Shown one piece after another: positions 8,437-16,650 of a DNA stretch of 64,000 bases. Below the pieces are notes generated by a model. The model saw only the letters and a list, made by a program, of their open reading frames with translations, was not told the DNA's origin and ran no database searches. Each line of letters starts with the position of its first letter. Position 1 is the stretch's first letter. The stretch is from positions 73,756-137,755 of the IMG/VR virus record IMGVR_UViG_3300028888_000043; one strand, given 5' to 3'. The stretch comes from a virus (taxonomy: Duplodnaviria; Heunggongvirae; Uroviricota; Caudoviricetes). Both the position numbers and the translations under genes were made by a program.

Positions 8437-8875
8437 TATGGAAGCATATGTAAGTTATGGGACTGCACTTCTCCTGAAGAAGTGGAAGTTCAATGAGAAT
8501 ACCCATAAACACTACTTTGGAGATGAGATTATAGAAGCCAATACCACAGATATGTCAAGGTATCCTGAAAGGTATATCCCGGCTCCCACTCTCCAGATGG
8601 CTGTGAGTTGGATCCAGGAGAAGTATAACATCCTTATTGTGGCAGACTATGAATATGAGTGTGACAGTACTCCCTGGTATTATAAAATATACAAACTTGG
8701 ACAGTTCGGGAAACCGGAAAGAGTCCCAATCATGGGTGAATCCTATGACAAGGATGGAAATGCCCAGCAACACATTGTAGGTTACCGTGACTATAAAAAG
8801 AGTTATAAGAACTATGCCACCAGAGAGGAGGCAGTACAGGAAGGTATTTGGTATGTACTAAGGTTTTTGGTATGA
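8426..8875 (+). CDS. hypothetical phage protein (start may be 8438)
   Basis: APTLQMAVSWIQEK and YATREEAVQEGI motifs recall Bacteroidota phage hypotheticals. Confidence 0.7.
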   Translation: MQNNMEAYVSYGTALLLKKWKFNENTHKHYFGDEIIEANTTDMSRYPERYIPAPTLQMAVSWIQEKYNILIVADYEYECDSTPWYYKIYKLGQFGKPERVPIMGESYDKDGNAQQHIVGYRDYKKSYKNYATREEAVQEGIWYVLRFLV

Positions 8876-8932
8876 CCACAAGGACTTTCTCGATATGGGT
8901 CTGGCCCTGGAACATGATAAACTGTATGAACC

Positions 8933-9202
8933 ATGAAGTATGTGATTTTCAAGGGTAATGGTCTGGTCCACCCTGTCTTGTTTGGAGACCACACTGCACA
9001 TTCCCAGATTAAGGTGGAAGGTGCCGAACCCATATCAGCCGGGTTTGTCCGGTTTGATTCCTGCGGGATTCCCCACTGTTATGGAAAGTCTGACTCGTTG
9101 AATCTGGAGAACCGTGGTGAAAAGGATGAGGACATCATCCACCGGGCACACAACCTGTCCGGTGGAACGATGTTGTTTCTGGTAGATTTATATGAGGATT
9201 GA
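8933..9202 (+). CDS. hypothetical protein
   Basis: Operon packing. Confidence 0.7.
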   Translation: MKYVIFKGNGLVHPVLFGDHTAHSQIKVEGAEPISAGFVRFDSCGIPHCYGKSDSLNLENRGEKDEDIIHRAHNLSGGTMLFLVDLYED

Positions 9203-9447
9203 ATATGAGAGATGAACTAAAAGAAATGAATGCTTTCCTGGACCGGGAAACCCCCTCTTATGGAGGGTGTATGGTCTGTAAGGTGAAGAGGAAGGATAAA
9301 AGTAATCCCGATATGCTTCTTATCCAAAGACATAAGTTTGCCAATGGTGATGGATTCACCATCAATATGAGGATGTATTATGAATATGACTTCTTATGGA
9401 AGGATAATCCAGATTGGGAGATACTCTGGAAGTATGAAGGTGAATAA
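9199..9447 (+). CDS. hypothetical protein
   Basis: Operon packing. Confidence 0.65.
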   Translation: MNMRDELKEMNAFLDRETPSYGGCMVCKVKRKDKSNPDMLLIQRHKFANGDGFTINMRMYYEYDFLWKDNPDWEILWKYEGE

Positions 9448-9450
9448 GAT

Positions 9451-9927
9451 ATGTTGACGGAATATACAAATATTTTTGAAAGGGACAAAATCAACTGGGA
9501 GAGTTGGGTCAAGTCCTTGTTGTGGGACAATATAGTCTACCACAAGAATGAATATTCCGGTTGTGACTTGATGATTGCACCTGACAAATATGATGGTCAT
9601 CATTATAAGAAAGGTGACATTGTTGGTGATGTAAGACTGCTTTCCTATTATATAGGACAGACAAGACCTCTGACCTGGAAGGAACTGGCATTGGTACTCG
9701 GTTTCTGGAAAGATCATCTGACTCCTGACGGACACGACTGCGAGATATGCGAAGACAGAGAAAAGTGTCATACCTATTTCAAGGGAGACAAAGATCAGGA
9801 AAGATGTTCCAGATGGATGGAGAAACACGGGAAACCCGATGATGAAGAGGAGTATCAGAAATTCCTTGACAAGTTGATGAAAGGAATTCAAGATGGAACT
9901 TATTTAAATATCAAGACAGATGAATAA
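9451..9927 (+). CDS. hypothetical protein with Cys cluster
   Basis: HDCEICEDREKCH...RC possible metal site. Confidence 0.7.
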   Translation: MLTEYTNIFERDKINWESWVKSLLWDNIVYHKNEYSGCDLMIAPDKYDGHHYKKGDIVGDVRLLSYYIGQTRPLTWKELALVLGFWKDHLTPDGHDCEICEDREKCHTYFKGDKDQERCSRWMEKHGKPDDEEEYQKFLDKLMKGIQDGTYLNIKTDE

Positions 9928-10633
9928 ATGGAAATTTGCAGCCTGGATTACCTGGGGTATCATTATGCTTGGGGTTATACTCAGTATAATCCTGTATCTA
10001 CCAGGTAGGGTTAAAGAGATCGAGAATGCTGAAAAGATAGACAACCTCACCTGGCAGTATCAGTTTGTGTCTGTTCTTTATGAGCAATCGCAAATCGAGT
10101 CTGAATTGTACAAGATGAATATGATCGGTTGTTACAATCTCCGTCAAGAATACAGGGATAATGAGGATGAAAAAGTAAAGAAGGTTGGACAAAAACAGTA
10201 TGACATCATGTTTGAAAACCTACAGTCCGAGTTGGACTGGTTGAGTCAGAGTTATTCTTTGTTTGCTTTGAAATTAGAAGCGATAAATGCAACATATGAA
10301 AGAATCTACTCTGAACTACATGAACTTGGCGTGAGTGATGACATATTGAATATGATGAATGAGGATATGCCTAACAGGATATCCAAGTCATTGAGTAATC
10401 TTAAAACTGGAATAACTGTTTTACCTGAAGGATGGGATGAGACAAACCTGTTCACTATCAATGAGTTATGGATTACAAGAGATAAGAATGGTAACTTCTT
10501 TGTGTTTCTTGATGAACCATATATCAAGGATGGTCTGTGGTATTCGGAAAATGGAAGATGGGGAGTATTGACAGAGGGATGGAGACCGGCCATCGAAAAG
10601 AACGGATGTAAACATTTTATATTTTCAGAATAA
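9920..10633 (+). CDS. membrane-anchored coiled-coil protein
   Basis: N-terminal hydrophobic helix FAAWITWGIIMLGVILSIILYL. Confidence 0.7.
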   Translation: MNKWKFAAWITWGIIMLGVILSIILYLPGRVKEIENAEKIDNLTWQYQFVSVLYEQSQIESELYKMNMIGCYNLRQEYRDNEDEKVKKVGQKQYDIMFENLQSELDWLSQSYSLFALKLEAINATYERIYSELHELGVSDDILNMMNEDMPNRISKSLSNLKTGITVLPEGWDETNLFTINELWITRDKNGNFFVFLDEPYIKDGLWYSENGRWGVLTEGWRPAIEKNGCKHFIFSE

Positions 10634-11445
10634 TGAAAAAGATATTTAGAAAAACAGAGTTTGATAATGGTGTCAAATACTATTACCTGTTTGGATGGAT
10701 GTATGCCAAGAAGGTCAGAGACTGTTTCTATCTCCTGAAGAGAAAGAGAGCAGATCAATATATGGCTGATGACTGGTATGCTGGTTGGCATGACTGGAAG
10801 TTTGAACTTGCCTATGAAGAGTGTGGATATGAAGAACCCAATGGGGAACTCCATATCAGTATGTTCGGTTGGCATTCCGTGTTCAAGATGCCTTGGAAAA
10901 GTAAGAGGTTTCCTTATGGTGACTGCGATGCACCGACATGGGGTATCCAAATCCACGACAACACATTGTGGATTATGAAAGGTGGTGAAGGAAATATGAA
11001 TGGTGGCGGTAAGTGGTGGACTTGGGACATTCCTTATTTCACAAAAGTGCATGTCCGCCATGATGTGGAGTGTGACATCGGTGAAGATGGTGTACCTGAC
11101 ATCAGGATGATTTCATATGACAAATTGAACCATAGGAAAGATTATCTTCCCCTTGAGCAGAATGAATATGTGAACAAACACCATTATGTCTATACAGATA
11201 GTTATGATGGTAAGAAGGTCAATGCCACCTACTGGGTAGAGGAGAGGGAATGGCGGCCGAAGTGGTTCCTGAAGGTTGATAAGTGGAAACAAGTCAAGAG
11301 ATATATTGAGATTGTCTTTGATAAGGGGGTAGGTTCTGAAAAGGAATCCTGGAAAGGTGGAGTGATTGGATGTAGTTATGACCTACTTCCTGGAGAGACC
11401 CCGGAAGAGTGCATCAAGAGAATGGAAAGAGAAAAAAAATTTTAA
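10633..11445 (+). CDS. hypothetical protein (Trp-rich)
   Basis: 270-aa ORF with TAATG coupling. Confidence 0.75.
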   Translation: MKKIFRKTEFDNGVKYYYLFGWMYAKKVRDCFYLLKRKRADQYMADDWYAGWHDWKFELAYEECGYEEPNGELHISMFGWHSVFKMPWKSKRFPYGDCDAPTWGIQIHDNTLWIMKGGEGNMNGGGKWWTWDIPYFTKVHVRHDVECDIGEDGVPDIRMISYDKLNHRKDYLPLEQNEYVNKHHYVYTDSYDGKKVNATYWVEEREWRPKWFLKVDKWKQVKRYIEIVFDKGVGSEKESWKGGVIGCSYDLLPGETPEECIKRMEREKKF

Positions 11446-11448
11446 GGA

Positions 11449-11631
11449 TTGATTATGAAATATAATTGGGTTTTACTTTTTGTTTTTGTGATTATTTTCC
11501 TTTTGGGAATAATCCTTGACAATGTTGGACTGTTCGGTCTCGGTTTTGCCGGACAGTGTTTGTTCTATTTTTTTGAAACGGTAAAAGATGACCGCGAAGA
11601 AATCGGAGAGGAATCAGACTCTGACTCTTAA
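11449..11631 (+). CDS. small membrane protein
   Basis: Two hydrophobic segments; ATG at 11455 likely start. Confidence 0.55.
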   Translation: MIMKYNWVLLFVFVIIFLLGIILDNVGLFGLGFAGQCLFYFFETVKDDREEIGEESDSDS

Positions 11632-12499
11632 TGAGGAAGAGAGACTGGAGTATGACAAGACCATCTGTCCTGAATGGACCGGGGATGACTGCCTGATAAA
11701 TTCAGGTGTGTCTGAAGCCCTGGAGACCATCCCTGACAGATGGTTTGATCTCATCATAGTAGACCCCCCTTACAACCTTGACAAGGACTTCGGAGGAATG
11801 AAGTTCAAGGAGATGTCAAAGGGAGAGTACAGGAGTTATATGAGAGACTGGTTCTGGAGAGTATGCAACAAACTCAAGGATAATGGTACTCTTTATATGT
11901 GTGGTGACTGGAAATGTAGTAGTGTTATGCAGGAAGTCATTGAAGAACAATTAGTTGTGGTGAACAGGATTACCTGGCAGAGAGAGAAGGGAAGAGGTGC
12001 AAAGGGAAACTGGAAGAATGGGATGGAGGACATCTGGATGGCAGTAAAGAACCCGAAGAATTACTATTTCAATGTGGATGCAGTGATGATGAAGAGAAAG
12101 GTGATAGCACCATATAAGGTGAATGGTATTGAAAGAGACTGGAAAGAGGAAGAAGATGGTAAATTCAGGATGACCTATCCTTCCAACTTCTGGGATGACA
12201 TCAGTATCCCTTTCTGGAGTATGCCTGAGAACACTGACCATCCCACACAGAAACCAGAGAAACTTTATGCCAAGTTGATACTGGCAAGTAGTAAAGAAGG
12301 CGACAGGATCCTGGATCCCTTTATGGGTAGTGGTACTGCACCTGTGGTCGCCAAGAAATTGGGAAGACACTACTGTGGGATTGACATCAACAGGGAATAT
12401 TGTCTCTGGGCTGCGAAGCGGATTGCGAAAGCGGATGAGGACAAGACCATCCAGGGATACAAGGATGGTGTCTTCTGGGAAAGAAATTCCGGAAAATAA
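11588..12499 (+). CDS. DNA methyltransferase, N4-C/N6-A beta class (orphan)
   Basis: Catalytic DPPY, HPTQKP, then SAM-binding DPFMGSGT in beta order. Confidence 0.92.
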   Translation: MTAKKSERNQTLTLNEEERLEYDKTICPEWTGDDCLINSGVSEALETIPDRWFDLIIVDPPYNLDKDFGGMKFKEMSKGEYRSYMRDWFWRVCNKLKDNGTLYMCGDWKCSSVMQEVIEEQLVVVNRITWQREKGRGAKGNWKNGMEDIWMAVKNPKNYYFNVDAVMMKRKVIAPYKVNGIERDWKEEEDGKFRMTYPSNFWDDISIPFWSMPENTDHPTQKPEKLYAKLILASSKEGDRILDPFMGSGTAPVVAKKLGRHYCGIDINREYCLWAAKRIAKADEDKTIQGYKDGVFWERNSGK

Positions 12500-12500
12500 A

Positions 12501-12532
12501 TTTGGAATTGTCAAAAGAAACCATTATATTTG
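12501..12532 (+). promoter_or_regulatory. Bacteroidota sigma-A type promoter
   Basis: TTTG 12501-12504, N20, TATATTTG 12525-12532. Confidence 0.85.
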
Positions 12533-12540
12533 TAATAGAT

Positions 12541-13179
12541 ATGAGAAGTTATAAAGAATACTATGACCTTTCCAAAGAGCATGAACTCATTTGGAAATCC
12601 AGGCAGACCGAGGAATGGTGGAAGAAGAAACCATTCAATGATGGTCTGGAACTGACCGGGGATTATATAGAGACCATCAAGGAACTGGATGAGAATGAGA
12701 AGAATGACTCATCCCTGTTCAGGAATCATACCAATGTCTTGAACAGTGAATGGGGAATCCTTTTCAATATGCTCGGACAGGTACTGGTGGACTGGTGTGT
12801 GGAGAACAATGAGACCAACAGGTGGTCATTTATGGTCAGTATCAACCGGGTTGTTGATGGACTGGATGATGTCTATGTCTGTCAGCACAAGGTGAAGACT
12901 ATCATCAAAGATTCTCCTGAAACTGATGTCGACAAGAAGGTCTTGAAAAAGTTTGAGGACTGCCGGAATGTCCTGTGTGACATCATCTGGGATTTCATCT
13001 ACAAGCACAAGAATGACCTTCCCTGCGACTGGAACTGTTTCGTGTTCAGTCTGGATGACTTGCAGGAAAGCTGTAAGTATGGACAATGGGTTGCCGCATC
13101 CGATGGTTATATGTGCCTGTCCAATGTGGATATGGATGGAGATGGTGATCAGAGAGATGAGTTTGTACTTTGTATGTAA
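12541..13179 (+). CDS. hypothetical protein
   Basis: Track ORF 12502..13179; start moved to ATG 12541 downstream of promoter. Confidence 0.75.
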   Translation: MRSYKEYYDLSKEHELIWKSRQTEEWWKKKPFNDGLELTGDYIETIKELDENEKNDSSLFRNHTNVLNSEWGILFNMLGQVLVDWCVENNETNRWSFMVSINRVVDGLDDVYVCQHKVKTIIKDSPETDVDKKVLKKFEDCRNVLCDIIWDFIYKHKNDLPCDWNCFVFSLDDLQESCKYGQWVAASDGYMCLSNVDMDGDGDQRDEFVLCM

Positions 13180-13183
13180 TGTT

Positions 13184-13405
13184 ATGGGTAGACTGTCCTA
13201 TGAAAAGATGAAAAGAGTCTGTGACTCTTTGACGGTTCTTGATAAACCATACCAGCCATATCCGAATGACCAGCACTGGTGGAGGACCGGGGAGAACAAC
13301 AAGTATGCTTATGAAAGTAATTCAATGACAGGTGATCATAGGATTATCGATAAGAAAAAGAACAAGGAAGTTTGGAGTTATTACACTGATTTTTATACAG
13401 GATAA
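13184..13405 (+). CDS. hypothetical protein (73 aa)
   Basis: C-terminal part of track ORF 12953..13405 from ATG 13184. Confidence 0.6.
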   Translation: MGRLSYEKMKRVCDSLTVLDKPYQPYPNDQHWWRTGENNKYAYESNSMTGDHRIIDKKKNKEVWSYYTDFYTG

Positions 13406-13410
13406 GAATT

Positions 13411-14061
13411 ATGATTATAGACAACACAAATCAAATCAAGAGACTTATCACCGGTTGTGGTGAGGATGAGTTCTATATGCTTCAAATCCTCCACAGGGTG
13501 AAGGATGGTCACACCAAGTATGAACCCCAGGACAGGAAGTCCCGTGAGCAGGTCATCAAGACCTACTTTGTCTCTTCCCCAGATTACCTGGACAAGAAGA
13601 TGGATGAAATCAAAGACCTCTGCCGGATGTTCAATGCCCGTGCCATCATAAACCTCAACAGGAAATCCTGGAAGCAGGTTGGTCTGAAATCCCTTGAACT
13701 GACTGCCCAGGCGCTGGGTAAGGAAGGAAAGGAAGATAAGTGGTGGAAGTCCATCAGGTCGACTGTAGAGTCTGCCTGCGGCCAGACAGGTGCATGTGAT
13801 GGAAACAAGACCTGGGTCTTGGATGTGGACACCAAGGATGAACAGGAAAGAATCCAAATCAAGAAAATCATTGATTTGTGTGAACCTCTTGATACAGAGA
13901 AGATTATTGATGTAATCCCTACTGTTCATGGTTTTCATATTATCACCAGACCTTTCAATAAACAGAAGTTTATGTCTTTATATAAGATGGTTCATGATGA
14001 TGCAGAGGACATCATCAAGGACAACAATCCGACTATCCTCTATGTAGAAACCAAAGATTAA
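13411..14061 (+). CDS. hypothetical phage protein, possible AEP/PrimPol-like fold
   Basis: WVLDVD and PTVHGFHII resemble AEP motifs I and II. Confidence 0.5.
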   Translation: MIIDNTNQIKRLITGCGEDEFYMLQILHRVKDGHTKYEPQDRKSREQVIKTYFVSSPDYLDKKMDEIKDLCRMFNARAIINLNRKSWKQVGLKSLELTAQALGKEGKEDKWWKSIRSTVESACGQTGACDGNKTWVLDVDTKDEQERIQIKKIIDLCEPLDTEKIIDVIPTVHGFHIITRPFNKQKFMSLYKMVHDDAEDIIKDNNPTILYVETKD

Positions 14062-14067
14062 AAAGTT

Positions 14068-14241
14068 ATGCCTTTATTCAAGATTCACACTGCAAGAAAG
14101 ACCATTGAAACTGACCAGTGGGTACTGTACAATGCCTGCAAGCGATCTGGTGTTATTGAAAGCAATGGTCGATATCTCAATGTCAAGAGCATTGAGGTAC
14201 TTCAGACCAATGACACTTATAAGACAGAATATCCAGACTAA
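14068..14241 (+). CDS. small hypothetical protein (57 aa, not in track)
   Basis: MPLFKIHTARK...TEYPD; stop overlaps smpB start (TAATG). Confidence 0.55.
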   Translation: MPLFKIHTARKTIETDQWVLYNACKRSGVIESNGRYLNVKSIEVLQTNDTYKTEYPD

Positions 14242-14693
14242 TGAATAAGAATCCCAACATACTGATTGACAACCGCAAGGCGAGGTTCGAGTATTTCCTG
14301 GAAGAGGACTATACTGCCGGCATCGTCTTGCAGGGTTGTGAGATTAAGTCTGTGAGGAACAAAGATGTGAATATGTCTGACTCATACTGTACCTTCATCA
14401 ATGGGGAATTGTATGTGAAGAACCTTCATATCTCTCCTTACAAGAACTCCAACTTCACCTATAAGGATTACGATGCGAAGCGTGACCGCAAGCTTCTCCT
14501 GACCAAGAGGGAGTTGAAGAAACTTGAACAATCAGTAAAGTTGAAGGGTTATACCATCGTGCCTGTCAATGTGTTCATCACAGAGAAGGGAATGGTCAAG
14601 ATGACCATTGCACTTGCCAAGGGTAAGCACACCTATGACAAGTCTCAGACCATCAAGGAAAGGGATTTGGACAGGGAAATAAAAGAGTATTGA
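14241..14693 (+). CDS. smpB: SsrA(tmRNA)-binding protein SmpB
   Basis: NRKARFEY, AGIVLQGCEIKS, RDRKLLLTKRE, ALAKGKHTYDK, IKERDLDRE. Confidence 0.96.
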   Translation: MNKNPNILIDNRKARFEYFLEEDYTAGIVLQGCEIKSVRNKDVNMSDSYCTFINGELYVKNLHISPYKNSNFTYKDYDAKRDRKLLLTKRELKKLEQSVKLKGYTIVPVNVFITEKGMVKMTIALAKGKHTYDKSQTIKERDLDREIKEY

Positions 14694-14698
14694 CTGTT

Positions 14699-14833
14699 AT
14701 GTGGATATCCATTTTATTATTACTTGCTATTGGAATCATTGGCATCCTGTGTCAGTGTAAAAGAGAAAACAGTTACTGGGATTGGTTGGCAAACTATAAT
14801 TTACCAAAAGTAAAAAAGAATAAAGAAAAGTAA
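14699..14833 (+). CDS. small membrane peptide (44 aa, not in track)
   Basis: MWISILLLLAIGIIGILCQC hydrophobic N-terminus. Confidence 0.45.
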   Translation: MWISILLLLAIGIIGILCQCKRENSYWDWLANYNLPKVKKNKEK

Positions 14834-14839
14834 AGATTT

Positions 14840-14871
14840 TTTGGAAGTCCCAGAATTTTTTGTTATATTTG
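14840..14871 (+). promoter_or_regulatory. Bacteroidota sigma-A type promoter
   Basis: TTTG 14840-14843, N20, TATATTTG 14864-14871. Confidence 0.85.
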
Positions 14872-14906
14872 TATAATCAAACAAACCAAACAAAACAGAT
14901 AAACAT

Positions 14907-16493
14907 ATGATGAACGATTACAAGGAGACTCTTGAGAGAGTCAAGGACATGCAGCAGACTGAAAACGGCGCACTTGGTTACTCCACTTCCGGTGAGAAGT
15001 TGGTGGACCTCAACTTTTCTGTACCATCCAATCACTCCAATGTGACTCCGGATGCCTATAACAAGTTCAAGGCTGCCCTGGGTGAAGACCTGGTGAACAC
15101 CGTGAAGTGGATGTTCTATCTCCGTGATATCCGTGAGGGTCTGGGTGAAAGGGATTCCTTTGTTGCCCTGTATATGACTCTCTACAATACCAATCCGGAT
15201 GCAGCTCTCAAGGTTCTTCCCTTGATTCCTGTATATGGACGCTGGAAGGATGTCATTGACATCCTCACCAAGACCTATGACAACACTCCGCTTGCGGATG
15301 CGATCTACGGTATGGTGAAGAACCAGTTGATGGAGGATGCGGAGAACTGGTCGCAGGGTAAGTCCATCTCCCTTCTGGCCAAGTGGCTTCCTTCCGTGAA
15401 TGCCTCCCAGAAGTCTCGTGCGAAGGCATCCAGAATCTGCCGGCATCTTGGTCTCATCTTTGCTGATTACAGGAAGATGTTGTCCAACCTCCGTCGGTAT
15501 CTTGATGTCACCGAGGTAAAGACCTGTGGTGGTAACTGGGATATGGTGGACTACAACAAGGTATCCTCCAATGCCAATGCCCGCTATGTCAATGCCTTTA
15601 TGAAGCATGACCCTGAAAGGAGAAAGCAGTACTTGAAGGAACTGGAGAAACCCACTCCTATTGGTGCTGTGATGCATGCATCCAATCTGTATCCACATGA
15701 GGTGTATGCCAAGTACAACCTCAACGGTCACACCCGCAATCCCCGTTGGGATCCCAAGGCTGAACCGGATGCAGGTGTGGAGGCACTGTGGAGAAACCTG
15801 AAGGACATGGAGTCCATCGGTAACACCATGGTGGTCTGTGATGGATCCGGAAGTATGCAGACTCCAATCTCTGGTGCGAAGGGTATCCAGGCCATTGATG
15901 TGTCCCGTGCCCTTGGTGTCTACTTCTCCGAGAGGGCGGCAGGTGAGTTCAAGGACAAGGTGATTGAGTTCTCCTCTTATCCGGAGTACATTGACCTGTC
16001 CAAGTGTGAAAGCCTTGCTGACAAGTACAATGTCATGACCACCCATGATGATTGTTCCAACACCAACCTGGAACTGGTGTTCGGTCTTCTCTTGAGGACT
16101 GCTGTCAAGAACAACATCCCCCAGGAGGAACTTCCCAAGTCCATCCTCATTGTCTCCGATATGGAGTTTGACAGGGCTTGTGAGTTCAAGGGTGCTTATG
16201 ATGGAAGTGATCATGATGTCATTATGGCACGGTATCAGACCCTCTTTGACACCATCAAGGACAGATGGACTGCCGCAGGGTACACTATGCCCAACATCGT
16301 GTTCTGGAATGTGAACTCCAGAACTAACACCATCCCTGTCAAGGCCAATGAGGCAGGAGTGATCCTGGTTTCCGGTTTCTCCGTGAACACACTCAAGATG
16401 GTGATGTCAGGGAACACCAATCCTTGGGATGCCCTTCTGGGTGTCCTGGATTCCGAAAGGTATGATGCTGTTGAGGATGCCCTTCTGGGTTAA
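14907..16493 (+). CDS. DUF2828-like protein (TROVE/Ro60-related plus vWA domain)
   Basis: TENGA, FYLRDIREGLGER, YGRWKD, LAKWLPS, vWA MIDAS VCDGSGSM, IVSDMEFD, VFWNV. Confidence 0.85.
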   Translation: MMNDYKETLERVKDMQQTENGALGYSTSGEKLVDLNFSVPSNHSNVTPDAYNKFKAALGEDLVNTVKWMFYLRDIREGLGERDSFVALYMTLYNTNPDAALKVLPLIPVYGRWKDVIDILTKTYDNTPLADAIYGMVKNQLMEDAENWSQGKSISLLAKWLPSVNASQKSRAKASRICRHLGLIFADYRKMLSNLRRYLDVTEVKTCGGNWDMVDYNKVSSNANARYVNAFMKHDPERRKQYLKELEKPTPIGAVMHASNLYPHEVYAKYNLNGHTRNPRWDPKAEPDAGVEALWRNLKDMESIGNTMVVCDGSGSMQTPISGAKGIQAIDVSRALGVYFSERAAGEFKDKVIEFSSYPEYIDLSKCESLADKYNVMTTHDDCSNTNLELVFGLLLRTAVKNNIPQEELPKSILIVSDMEFDRACEFKGAYDGSDHDVIMARYQTLFDTIKDRWTAAGYTMPNIVFWNVNSRTNTIPVKANEAGVILVSGFSVNTLKMVMSGNTNPWDALLGVLDSERYDAVEDALLG

Positions 16494-16650
16494 TCCTCAA
16501 CACTTCACCTGTAAGGTCACATAAATAATAAGATGGTGTCTTACTCATCTTTGTTGTAAAAGTGTCTCTGTGGTCAAAATAGAGGGCAATACAAGGATTG
16601 TAGGAAACTATATAACAAGTAAACTGTAACGTTTAAAAAGGATAAAGAAA

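Noticed and set aside
14693-14907. tmRNA next to smpB
   Set aside because: No tRNA-like acceptor ends or T-loop; the space holds a small membrane ORF and a promoter
14877-16214. 445-aa antisense ORF and similar shadow ORFs (e.g. 10306..11061, 42974..43639, 28865..29341)
   Set aside because: They overlap well-supported genes; strong codon bias or repeats explain the open frames
16494-16650. Y-RNA or tRNA-like ncRNA downstream of the TROVE-like gene
   Set aside because: Only a short aagatg/catctt hairpin; no cloverleaf or T-arm; better explained as the ompA-family leader
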